A DNA stretch of 55,989 nt, filler included, from Platydemus manokwari (GCA_037951405.1; 6 parts of 6 records of this genome joined end to end with filler, not necessarily neighbours in it), one strand, 5' to 3'. Counted from the whole stretch's first letter, positions 25,601 through 37,867 are shown. Numbers and translations are program-made. The notes: generated by a model not told the origin, from the sequence alone.

Positions 25601-27491
25601 TCTGATTTCAGGAATTGCAATGGGAATTGCGGGAAGTGATGTTAGTAAACAAGCTGCTGATATGATCTTACTGGATGATAACTTTGCATCAATTGTTATT
25701 GGGATTGAACAAGGACGAAAAATATTTGATAATTTGAAGAAATCGATAATTTACATTCTTGTAAAAACAATTCCCGAAATTGTCCCATTTCTTGCCTATA
25801 CGTTGGTGAATATACCCTTAGCTCTTGGTACCATTACAATTCTCTGTATTGATTTGGGAACTGATATGGTAATTTGATTTTTAATGATTTAGTTTCACGA
25901 GACTCAATGGCATATTATATGTAACTTCAAAAACAAAATTTAAAATACCTTTTATTTGTGTTTAGTATTTTTATTTGAATAATTTACTTTTATCGTATTT
26001 TCAGTTATTATTTTTGTTTCCATTTTCGAAAGTAGCTTTTAAATATTAATAAATTATGCGGCAATTTTAAATTTGACTACTTTCATTATAATTAATTTTC
26101 GCTCATCAGATAATTTTATATATAATTGCTATGTTTGATTTATTCGTATAATTCAGTTAAAATCTCATTTTTGAAGATGTCTAATAGTGACAAAACATAG
26201 TTTTAAATCAAAGTTCCCATCCTAATCACAACACTACTATAAGATTATTTGAGTTTTTAAATTTGGATTTTTTAATTATAAATTGATTTTGTCGACTCCA
26301 GACATGTTTGATAATGCCATTGCTTATTTTATAAAATAATTGCAAAAATTGAGAATATCTCTCAATTTGCTTCTAATGTTAAAAAGGGGTCCTCGCTAAT
26401 TTTCAATAAATTGCAATTCGGCCTACTTTTCCATTGTTTCAAATAATCAAATTTTATGAGATTTTGAAGTTAATTAATTATTGATTTCAAACAACTAAAA
26501 TTGTTATTAAGTATTTTAATAAAAAATTCAAAATGTTTTTAAAGAATATAATTAAATAAACTATATCTAATTTTGCAATACACTCACCAAATTAAAAATT
26601 TTATTTTAGGACCTTTTTTAACTTTATTGTTATAATTTGAAATATCAAGTCGTTTCTCATTTCCAATTGTATTCTCTTATCACCAACGCATAAATACACA
26701 AATACGATGAATTTATGTAGATTTTATTTCCAAGAAATATATTTAATTTCCCAGAAATTTATTTAGATGCCAGCAATAGCGCTAGCTTACGAGGGAGCCG
26801 AATCAAATATAATGAGGCGAAAACCTAGAAACCCTGTTAAAGATAATCTGGTAACTACGAAACTTATCTCCTTGACACATGGTCAACTAGGCATAATACA
26901 AGCTACTGGCTCATTTTTTGCATATTTCGTTATCATGGCTGAAGAAGGTTTCTTGCCACTTCGATTAATCGGCATACGTTCGGATTGGGACAGTACAGGA
27001 ATAAATGATCTCAAAGATTCTTATGGACAAGAATGGGTAAGCAAAATATAATATTTACAAATATAATATATAACTTATAGACCTATAAACAAAGAAAGAC
27101 GTTAGAAACCACTTGTTACAGTGCATACTTTGTCTCGGTAATGATACAACAGTGGTTTAACATAATGCTCGTCAAAACTCGAAGAAACTCACTCTTTCAA
27201 CAAGGAATGTGGAATCACCAACTTACTTTCTCCATGTTTTTCGAAACAGGATTGGCGATTTTTATAATCTATTGTCCAGGAGTAAATGAAGTATTAAAGT
27301 TGTCACCTCTAAGGTAAAATTAAGGAAGTCATAAAGTATCGTAAAAATTGATTATCACAATTGTTTGTAGATTCTCGTGGTGGTTTATAGCGATTCCTTT
27401 TGGATTTTATCTTTTGATCTTTGATGAAATGCGTAAAATTATTTTACGTCGAAACAAGAAATCAATTTGGTTGGCTAGAGAAAATCCATAA
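22631..27491 (+). CDS. P2C-type (Na,K/H,K family) ATPase alpha subunit, 16 exons, ~1017 aa, atypical ion-binding sites
   Basis: Hand-spliced on GT-AG introns. Exons: 22631-22648, 22702-22874, 22920-23100, 23147-23260, 23339-23473, 23520-23637, 23690-23958, 24121-24319, 24368-24612, 24656-24885, 24954-25215, 25260-25488, 25612-25868, 26767-27036, 27081-27313, 27371-27491. Total 3054 nt, in frame, ending in TAA. Motifs: [73 protein letters not shown]. Exon 1 (18 nt) is the least certain. Confidence 0.97.
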
Positions 27492-27749
27492 TTGTGACTG
27501 TCATTATAAACGTTTAATAATCTGATGTTATAATTTTTAGACTATCATAATAATTACATTTGTTTTGTTTATTTAATTCTTTATTTTCTTAGTTTTTTAT
27601 TTATTATTTTCATTATTATTAGCAAGTTACATATTTAAAAAAGTAAGATGACAAAACAAGGCAACATCATGTCATAACTTTATTAATAAAAAATTCTGAA
27701 TATTTAAACAAATATCTCTAATATTATCTTACTTCCCTCTCACATTCTT

Positions 27750-28110
27750 TTTAACGTTTTTCTCAACTTCTCGTTTCGACAGTATTGAATTGTTAAATCC
27801 TTCTTTATTGATGATTACTGCTGATTTTATGCCTAACAAATTTAATAAAGCTGGGATGTGGCCTGCCTATCTTAGCCCATTGGTGTTACGTTAATCTTGT
27901 GAGTACATTTCATTCCCTTGATCATTCTCCTTACGATATTGGAAATCAAAATTAAATCCTGAAAATTTTTCAAACCATAAGGAGAACAAATCGGATTTTT
28001 GGTTTTCTCGAGTATATCGATGCTTTGTGATCAACGGCAGTTGCAAACTTTTACCAAGTAAATAATGCTTAAAATTGATGAGTTTAAGGGTCAATGGTTA
28101 TTTTATTTTA
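27750..28110 (-). mobile_element. Ty3/gypsy pol relic (RNase H C-terminus into integrase)
   Basis: FKHYLLGK...LWFEKFSGFNFDFQYRKENDQGN matches FRHYL.G..F / RW...L..F.F.I.YR.G..N. Confidence 0.7.
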
Positions 28111-28500
28111 TAAGGATTTTAACTCGTTTTATCAATATCCGAAACTAATAAGTTCTCTGAGTCCTTATGGCCCACAAGTAATCACTAAACCTCGACTGAC
28201 TCTAATCCATGTATGAAGACGATAAAGTGATGAGGAGATTTTGATGATGATAAAATTTACAGAAATGATTGTGAAACCTAATGTCACTTATCGATTCAAT
28301 ATTACAACAACCTTGTGTTTTATTATATGTTTATTACTATAACAGTAAATACAATTATACACCTAATAAAAATAATTCAAATACTAATATGCACTTAATA
28401 AAAATTAGATTTTAGAACTACATTTTGGATCTTCCAGCAAATGCCGGGCATAACAGGAACAATTGATCTTCTGCACCAGACGATCTTCTTGAGTGCGTCG

Positions 28501-28600
28501 NNNNNNNNNNNNNNNNNNNNNNNNNNNNNNNNNNNNNNNNNNNNTTAATTAATTAANNNNNNNNNNNNNNNNNNNNNNNNNNNNNNNNNNNNNNNNNNNN
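28501..28600. other. Artificial assembly spacer
   Basis: Same linker. Confidence 0.98.
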
Positions 28601-28619
28601 CAAATTATCCTCAAATTAT

Positions 28620-29300
28620 CAAAAAATCATGAAAAACTCATAAAATTCCCTTGATGTTGATGAAAAAAGGCTTATAAATCCGTAAAAAAGCGTTGTACTA
28701 ATACCATATATCTGTGAAATTTCATTGGGTTCGATAATAAGCTAAAATAATATAATTCCATCCATAGATAACCAACTGACTTGTCATAATCTATATATTC
28801 GACTTGTTCCTCACATTGAGGTTGTAATTCAGCTTATTTCTATAAAAAGATGTTTTCGAAATACTTTCAAGGTTGACTTTCGTCAGTGAAATTCAAAACA
28901 AATATGGATTTTGCAACAATTAAAACATGTCATGATCCTTTTAGCTCTAAAGCACAGAGAATAGTGTAAGACAGTTTTTGACATTTTTTCCCTTAGTTTA
29001 TTTTATTGGCAATGTTAATAATAATAGATTTGATCAAACTGTCATGTGCCGTCTGAACAATCTTGGTTAACGATTTCATTTTTTTAAAATTTAAAATCAT
29101 TAATGTGCTCAATGATTTAACTTAGTATAATTTTTGTTAAGAATCTCATCTTTAGGTTAAGATTTAAGAATTGGGTCATCTATATTTGGATGAAAGAGTT
29201 GGAATTATTGATAAAAGATCTCTTTTGTTCTTAATACTCGAATATTGTGAAATCCAAACACCATCATTTAGTAAATTTGCTTATTTATTTTAAAGGGGGA
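28620..29300 (-). mobile_element. Possible MULE transposase relic
   Basis: CSDGT followed downstream by YIDYDKS, resembling MULE DGT and DFE motifs; weak. Confidence 0.28.
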
Positions 29301-30173
29301 ATTAAAATGATTTATACGAATGGATCGATAATTCAAGAATTATTTTCTATGAATTGTATTCTACGATTGAATTTTGATCTTCATTTTCATTTTTTTGTGA
29401 GTGGCGTGTTTGGATTTAATTACTAATTTCTAGAATCAGACTTCAATATAAACATTAGCATTGTAGTGAAATCTTTAATCAACTTTTTTCATTTTTCACA
29501 ATATTTCGAGCTTATGATTTATTTTTAATTAATTTTAATTATATCAATTGTAATTGTTATTAATAGGCATTTATTTTACCACAATTCTTTAATCGAGATA
29601 TTATACAATATATTTTAATTATTTTGTGAATTTTTATTGAAATGCTGTTGTAACAAAGAGCGGTTTTTTATTTCCCAGTCAAATTTTTGAAGATTTATTA
29701 AAATTTCAAAGAATTAATACATTTGAATTAATCTATAAAAAGACAAGGGAAAAATATAAATCCCAACTACTGTTAATAAAATTTATTTGATTGTCAACAG
29801 CTAAATCTGATTGAAGCCATGCATTAGTGTTTGGAGATTGTGTGGTGTGTGTGTGTAAAAGTTGATTTCCAAGCAGAACCAATAATATTACCATAATCGA
29901 AAAGAAATACGTAATAAATTTTAAAAAATCATTGGTTTTCTATTTATTCGAAATAATATTAAATCGACATTTTTTATTTTATTTGTCTAATAAAAAGCAA
30001 TATCAAGTTAATATCACAAAATATTATTCTTCGGATTTGATTTTCTCAAGCAACCTATCAGAATCAAAACAAAAAATTTTCTGTCAAAACCAAACAAAAT
30101 TAATTTCACAATATCCAGAAATTTTTCAGGTCATTTATTTGAAGTTTTCATAATCTTATTTAATTTCTAAATC

Positions 30174-31298
30174 ATGAATTTCAAACTGAAATTGGATTCC
30201 GTTGACTTCTATAATACCACTTTGACAAATGCATCGTTCTATGATTCGAAAAATCATCTGAGCATCGTATTCAGTATCATTATTCAAATAAACTGTTCCA
30301 TCAGTGCTTCAATAACAATTCTATTAATTGCCGTTAGTATCAGAAAAGGAGTAATAGGACCAAGCACCAAATTATATATAATAGCAATATCGATACTTGA
30401 TTTGGTTGCGATTTTAATTTTATTGTTTTTGAAATTAGATCTACATTATTCCTTTCCGAACCGAGAATTTTTATTAGTGACTACTATAATAATTGAAATC
30501 CTTGACATTATATTGTTTTCATCAAATTGGATCACGACATTATTAGGTTTGGAACGATGTATAGCTGTTCGACATCCATTTTTCGCTAAAAGAATTAATA
30601 ACCAATATCGTTACATTAGCGTGGCAATTGTCATTGTAACGGCCATAATTCTGAGATCACCAGGTATTTTAATGTCAACGTGGATCGAAAGTGAAAATTT
30701 CAATCGAACTTTCTTCAATCATCAAGTGGGCACTTATTCTAGAACTCAATACAACATGTTGATTGTTAAAAATATTCAAAATTGGTTAGTAGATTTCTTA
30801 ACATTTCTCGTCGTACCATTTTCCATTATGTGTTGGGTAAGCATTGTATTGCTGAGAGCTATTAGATCATCTAAAAGATTTATGGAAAATAGAATATCAA
30901 GTGCAATGAAAAATTTCCACCAAAAAAATGAACAGAAAATTACAATATTCCTTTGCGTGGTTTTATTGAATTTTCTTGTATTCCAAGGTCCACTGGCTGT
31001 TTACACAGCAATGTCATCGATCGGTCTATCGAAGTACTCGGCCTTTAGCCAATATCAATACATATTGCGACCAACTTGCGTTTTCATATATTCGATTAAG
31101 AACGAAGCGAATTTTGCTCTATATCTTTATCATAACTATCAATTTCGGAACAATTTGTACCAAATCCTTGATTATAGATCAACTCGTCGATTGAGAGTGT
31201 CGGAAACCAATTCAGTGATCAATAGAACAAGTTGTGTTTCAAAAACTGTCACTTATCCCATGCGAACATCTATGATTAATATTGTACCACAAATATGA
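30174..31298 (+). CDS. Intronless rhodopsin-like (class A) 7TM GPCR, peptide-receptor/Srw-like
   Basis: 374-aa ORF with seven hydrophobic segments, N-terminal N-glycosylation sequons (NTT, NAS), TM2 ISILD, TM3 LERCIAVRHPF, TM5 VP, TM6 FQGP, TM7 NFALY and helix 8 FR. Confidence 0.93.
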   Translation: MNFKLKLDSVDFYNTTLTNASFYDSKNHLSIVFSIIIQINCSISASITILLIAVSIRKGVIGPSTKLYIIAISILDLVAILILLFLKLDLHYSFPNREFLLVTTIIIEILDIILFSSNWITTLLGLERCIAVRHPFFAKRINNQYRYISVAIVIVTAIILRSPGILMSTWIESENFNRTFFNHQVGTYSRTQYNMLIVKNIQNWLVDFLTFLVVPFSIMCWVSIVLLRAIRSSKRFMENRISSAMKNFHQKNEQKITIFLCVVLLNFLVFQGPLAVYTAMSSIGLSKYSAFSQYQYILRPTCVFIYSIKNEANFALYLYHNYQFRNNLYQILDYRSTRRLRVSETNSVINRTSCVSKTVTYPMRTSMINIVPQI

Positions 31299-32109
31299 GA
31301 AAATATTATTATTATATTCAATTGTTATTAGATAGTTTCATTATGTTAATACATATATTGATTTTTTAAAGTAATACAATAAATTCTATTGAAATTCTGG
31401 CTTTTCATTACAAATAAATGTTTAAAATCAAATCTTCAACGGATTTAAAATTTAATTTATCATTAAATCTCAAATAAATCTGTATAAAATCTTCGGGAAA
31501 TTAGTTTTAATATAGATATCCTTATCTGAATTTTTAATAAAAAGAGAATTTCTAAATTTTTTCCGTTATAGATTTCTAATCAAAAACAAAAATTAGAAAT
31601 TCCAGTAATGAATGTTAATATTGGAAAATCATTTTTTTTTCTATCAAATACTTTTGACATTGAGCACTTTTCTGTGGAGCTAATTTAAAAATGATTAATT
31701 AAAATGGAGTAATTTAGAAAAACAACAAAGAAGGTTGAAGAATTTGGATACAACAGTGGAGATGGTTTTATTGGAAAGCAATTTGATCTGAAAATCAAAC
31801 GAATGAAATGGTAAATTTAATAGTAATTAATATCGAAATGCAAAACTATATTGGATGGGAAAATATTTATGATTTGATAATGAAATCCTGTTGATAAAGA
31901 TAATTTATGAATTTAAAAGATTGTGATTTTATTTTCACTGTCATTTTGTTTTGTTGTAATTTATATTATTTGATTAAAATAAAATATATTTTATAAATTC
32001 AAAAGAATATGAATATGATTACTGTTATGTATTGACTAACAATAAAATCTACAAAAATCACAAGTTCACTTCGTCAATAGATACAATCCAAATCATATCA
32101 TCACATAAT

Positions 32110-32410
32110 AATAAATTATCACTCAAAGCTGGATCCGTACCCAAAATTCGAATACAGAACAGAAGACATTCAAGAACGAAAAGAATAAATTTTACAGACC
32201 AAAAAGACTAACAAATCCACATGGGATCCAGCTTCTTTTATAAACCTATTGTGTGTGTTCATTTGATGTCCCGACGCTTCGACTTTTCATTTGTTGAATT
32301 TGTTTGTACATGAATATGTTAGTAATTTTTCTTACATCTCTAGTGTCAAGGGTGGATATCGGTGTTTATTGCCATTTGTTGGTATGTGCCAGTCGATTAT
32401 TAACTTCTAA
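32110..32410 (+). repeat. Dispersed direct repeat, copy at 37345-37665 (probable Penelope 3' end)
   Basis: Shared ACCTAT..GTGTGT...TTGATGTC and TGCCATTTGT.GGTATGTGCC.GTCGATT...CTTCTAA. Confidence 0.8.
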
Positions 32411-34499
32411 CTATCTCGAATAAATAATAAATTATCATTTTATTTTTCTAAATATTTTAATTGAAAATAAATTCTTGTTAGATTAGTATTTTAGGAACAT
32501 TCTTCGATTTACAATCTACAAGAATCTTATTCGATTTAATAGTGATAACTTCATAATTAATTACATGAAACAACAAAAATATTGAGTAGTTCACAAAAAC
32601 AGTCAAAATGTCACGGGAACCATGGAAATAACTCATCAAGGTTGACGCACATATTTAATATCAAGTGCTTCCTACATTTCGATCCATGGATTTAAAACGG
32701 TAATCATTTGGTTCACATCAACATCAGGAAACATCCATTGAGATACACCTGTACCACAATGAATACATGGAAATACGTTAACAGACCAACGTGTGAACAC
32801 CCCTATAGAATGAAAAGTAAACACTTGAGACATCAAGTGAACACTCATGATAAGAATACGAAAGGAAATTTAGGAATGCATACGCCAATGTTATTCGGTA
32901 ACTGTTATCTGTCGTGAAATTTATGCGATATTCTAGCATTTAGTCTTTATAGTTGTTATCTTTTTCGCTGTCTAATTTTCGGATACCTATCAATTGTGTT
33001 TTATTATTGATTTGACTACTATGAATTTGATGTCAAATTGTTTGATGATTTTATTTTCTTTGTAATATCGTGATCGCTAATTATAATTTTGACATTCAAC
33101 ACCAAGTCGATATTAATTTTGGATGTTCATAATACTCCAAATAACTACACAGTCATCAGTAATAACCAAAACTGTGGATCGGTCAACTTTCGATGCTGAT
33201 AGTTTGAAATTATCCGAAATCTTAATCAGATCAGTTCCTTCACCCATGACGCAGGTAGTAAATTTTATTGGTCAAAAGAGTACAAAGTAAATAAATTTAA
33301 ATTAATGTATTCAAAATCGAATTTGAATTATTGTCTTGCCTATTCTTCCTAAATCGTTCAATAATTTATAAAATGAAGCTTATTATTTAACCGAAAATTT
33401 TCAGAATGAAATTTTTGTTGAAAAATGTGTTTTTATATAAATTCAATATTGTGATGTATGACAAAAATTGGTAAAATATCTATTAAAAAACAACACTCAA
33501 AATGTGAATACACGCATACTGATAAATAGAATTTGATCTTCAATGGGTGCACACCAACAACAGGCAACAAACATCGAAATACTCCAATGACACGGTGATA
33601 TAAGAAAATCTGTCAGTAGACTAGTCCTCAGGAGAGTCTAACGGATGACAACCAAAAGTACAAGTCTATAAAACTGCAAGAATCTCGAGGGCAACTTTTA
33701 GTCTTTTATGGCATGTAATTTCTGTCGTTATTTCTATCTTTTTTATGTTGATTCCAAGGTGATGTTTGACTATTGGAAATGTTATTTTTCTGAATAACTT
33801 TGATTTCCGATTTTTGAGCGCTGCACAATGAGGATTTCGATGAATTTTTACGAGCTTTTATTTTGTAATTATATATTTGAATGATTCAACTCTAGTATTT
33901 AATATAACAATACTCTTATTCAATATACACAGAATCTTGTAACTCAAATGTCAGTGATCTCAACAACACAATTTGTAATTTCACAGTTTCATTGGATAAA
34001 TCAATTACTTATTAGTCAGTGTTATGTTAAAACCTTTCCATCTGCAACTTTTCAGTTATAACAGTTTCGGAAATACTCTTTTATATCAGGTTTGGGGATA
34101 TAAATTGATTGATTTTCGACTAAAATCAATGAAAAAGAGGACCAATTCGAAAATATTATAAAATATTTTATAGAAATTATAAAAGTACTGTGTAAGAAAA
34201 ACAAATTGGAGTATTTAAATGACAAATATTCGGAAATAAATATTTGAAAAATTAATTTTATTCGACTTGTTTAAATGATGTTACTATTTATGTCAAAAAC
34301 TTGGAAAATATGAATATTTTAAGTTAAAGAAACTTTCAGTGTTTCTATTTAGACCAAAATTTTAAATAGAATTTAAGTTGTTGTTCATTTAATGATAACC
34401 GAGTTCAATAATTGATTGTTTCTCACAAATTAACGGATGGGAATATTATTTGTTTTGATTGTTATAATTGTTAATTATTTATTATAAATTAATTAAACT

Positions 34500-35085
34500 T
34501 ACCCATATTTCTAACTCAATAATCTTTATTCTTAAAAGCACCATGAACCTTCTTAGTTCAAAAGGCATTAACACATTACTAGAATTTCTACCAGAATTTA
34601 AAAAAATGAGCCTCTATAAAATATTTCTATAAAATAGTATAAACAATCTCGACAAGTTTTCAACTTTGTAATTCGAGGTAAAACTTATACCTCCAATATC
34701 ACTGACGACCCCTCACTACCGTATTCATACCAACCTTCTTTACATGACGATAATTAAAAGCATACAAACCAGTTATCCTCGGAATCATCAAAGAAACTAA
34801 TATCCCACCAGGAAAAGAAGTCCAAATAAATTCCAAAACTTTTTTCTCAACAAAATTTTTAAAAACATAACAACTGAGCAAATAAAACAACACGAAAGAA
34901 AAAACAAAAAACACCAACAACAATAGCCATAGCATAATTATGAATGACATCTAAATTAAAACCAGTATAAGTATGAGAAACAACCATTCCAATTGTACCT
35001 AAAAATCTCCAATAACTATCAAGTGTCCTAACAGAACTAAATAAACTAATAAAATTATCAAAAAATCTATTCTGAAGTCCATCTA
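34500..35085 (-). pseudogene. cox2: Nuclear mitochondrial insertion (NUMT): 5' half of cox2
   Basis: The minus strand reads LDVIHNYAMAIVVGVF, then after a frameshift in a T-run VLEFIWTSFP..LMIP(AGG)ITGLY and V(AGG)GRQ(TGA)YW(AGG)YKF. This matches cox2 EXIWT and G[HR]QWYWSY with TGA=Trp and AGG=Ser. T/G-rich strand skew, frameshifts, and no CuA domain. Confidence 0.88.
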
Positions 35086-36379
35086 TGAAACAAAATAATA
35101 CACAATATTACATTTTCATATATTGATTTCTATGGATTGATTTCCATCACTAATTAATTATAAAAAATATATTTTCATTAATTTTTAAAATTGACTCTCC
35201 ACATGCCCAGGAACTTGCAATAATAATTATAATATGATTATTACAATAACCTGCTGGGTAATTGCTGATAAATCATTACAAATTTCCGATGATAATGTAT
35301 GTAATTTATGAATATATTCTGTACAAAATTTTCTGGTTATTTTTCAAAAAAAATTGTATTGATTTGTGTGTCTAATATTGTCAAATTTTAGATTTTTTGT
35401 TTAAATTTTCATAAGTTTAGTAATAAATTTTAGATATTCATTTATTTTTTTTTAAACGTCTCTGTCACAATAGCAGCAGAACAATGAAATTTTCGATTAA
35501 AATGATTAAAATTTTTAATTAAATGCCAATTTTTAAAATTTAAATCGATTTTTAACATAAGCCAATTGTTTTAATCAATAGATATTGGAAAATAAATTGA
35601 TATTATCAAACACAAACACTAAGACTAAAGCAGTTAGAAACAGTATTTTTTCTGATATTTTACAATACAAATTGATACAAAACATCAAATATTACAAATA
35701 TTTCGAATTTCATTTGCTGCGATATAAAATCCATTCAATTTAATTGCTTATAATTAATGGCATTTAAAAATTGGCCATTGTACTGGACGCTTTAAATAAT
35801 TATTTCGCCAATATTCATTTAAATACAATCGGTCCATTATCAAAGCGAAGAACAAATACGGAAGCCAATAGTTTACCATTGAAATTACTATATCCTGGAA
35901 TTATCTTTTGTATTATTAAATGATGATAATCAAGTGGAATATATAATCTTTGGGCATGTTTTGATGGTTTCCTTGTGATATCAAACCAAATAAAACGTCA
36001 ATAAATTTTTAACGCTATTAACATGTTTGTATTTGGAAGATTTGTATTTGAGATTTTTGAGATTATCAGTTATTTATTAGTTAAGTGAATTATCAACACT
36101 GGTCACCAGTTTTTCCATTTCAGTGATTTACAGCATTGTTAGCTAAAGTGATAAAAGGCGATATGATACGAAAGCGAGTTAGTCGTTATGCGTGCATTGT
36201 CATTGTATCAAGGACTATTGAATTAAATTATTAAATAAAAACGTAAAGGAAATTACATGACAAGAATATATAATGGAAGGCATCTAAAGTTGTCGATTAA
36301 TATTAATAAATCTGTAATAGCAGGGAAATGAATTGACGAGAAAATGTGTGTACCTATTATAATCAAATTACTGTCTTAT

Positions 36380-37867
36380 TTAAAATTAATCTATACGAGA
36401 AGTTTAAACTGTTGCAATACTAAAAATTATTGCTAAAGAAGAATGTAAATTCTCGATCAATATGGGCATTAGTTTATGTCTCCACTTTATTCTTCTGGTA
36501 AAGAAGTCGAATGGTCTTCGGTAAAATCCGTGTATTGCTGTTATAAGAATTATGATGTTTAAAAATGTATTCTTTCCACTTATTCGAATATATTTGGTTT
36601 TTTGGTGTATATTTTTCGACATAATAAAATTTTTATCAATATCTTAACAATGAAAGATGATCTTATAAAGCAATTTCGAGTGTCTTTAATTGAATGATGT
36701 AATTTTACGGATGAATGGTGAGCTTTTTATATCTATAAGCTGATTGATATTTTTCTCAGTTTATATATATATTTGTATGTCTTTATTCAATTCTTTATCA
36801 ATTTTGATATTTTGTTATTTGTTTTTACATTTATTATGCTCCCCGTTTATGTTTTGTAATCAATTATAATTCGTTTATGATCATTCCATTTCCAAACATT
36901 AATTAAAACATTAAAAACAAAATACCGATGATACTTTAACGGGAAAACGGTACTTGAAAAACAAAACATTAAAGAATAATAATTTTCACAGCATATCAAA
37001 GATATTTATTTATTGAGAAGCATTAATTGTTAGTATTACTAATAATCTGCTCTATCATTTAAGGATTGTTTTCACCAGGATTTATTTATGGCGAATTATT
37101 GAAGCTGTTGGGTTGTAGACTGTCTGTTGACATGTAATTGGAGAACAATAAATGTTTAATGGTTGAAAATGCGAGTTTTTATTTCGGAGGTCATGGTAAT
37201 GATGACTGACATTTTGTGGAATGTTAGATACAAATGTTGTTTGTCTAAGTACTTTTTGAAAACGCACATATATATATTGGATATTAATTAGACCTGAACA
37301 TTATATATCTCAACAACTACAATTAAATCTCTTTATAATCAAAAATAATTTATCACAAAAAGTGGGAACGGCACCCAAGTTAAACACAAAATAGATAGTA
37401 ATCAAAAAGACTGGTTACTGAAAATCATACAAAGTTAAGATTAGTATTAAAGTTATCAATCAAACAACATTGGCAGTTACTCATGGAGCTCAACCTCTTT
37501 ATAGACCTATCAGGTGTGTCTGCTTGATGTCATGGATCTTCGTTTATTATTTGATGAATTTATTCTTGGATCGGTCTTCATCAATTTTTCTCGTATCTCT
37601 TATTGACAGATATTTGAATTTACTGCCATTTGTAGGTATGTGCCTGTCGATTCTCAGCTTCTAATTATGGACTAATAGTAAAACTTATCTGATTGGCTGA
37701 CGGCAGAAGTGCTTATCGGATCTGTATGTCGACCCTTTTTATGGTTATTTTCTTATCTCCTTTAAAATATTTGGGTGTTTGTATTCTACCCATTATATTA
37801 GGTTGTCCCATATGAAATGTCCGATTTTCATGCACATATTTGAAGAAGCATAACTCATAAGAAAATA
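36380..37867 (-). mobile_element. Penelope-like element relics (RT C-terminal pieces and GIY-YIG-like endonuclease piece)
   Basis: NTFLNIII..GFYRRP (~36510-36580) and QTVYNPT (~37105-37130) resemble FLD...T.VYRKPT. YELC...FHMGQP..GR (~37780-37860) resembles GIY-YIG Y.I.C..YIGQT.R. Confidence 0.45.

Noticed and set aside
22870-27051. Multiple separate ATPase ORFs as an operon, split gene or pseudogene
   Set aside because: They join into one uninterrupted frame through canonical GT-AG introns.
30976-31194. Overlapping 72-aa ORF inside the GPCR
   Set aside because: Alternate-frame shadow with no motif.
22631-31298. ATPase-GPCR functional cluster
   Set aside because: Separated by an artificial spacer at 28501-28600.
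34699-34950. Functional nuclear-encoded cox2 or small membrane protein
   Set aside because: Requires the mitochondrial code, is frameshifted, and lacks the CuA domain and a targeting peptide.
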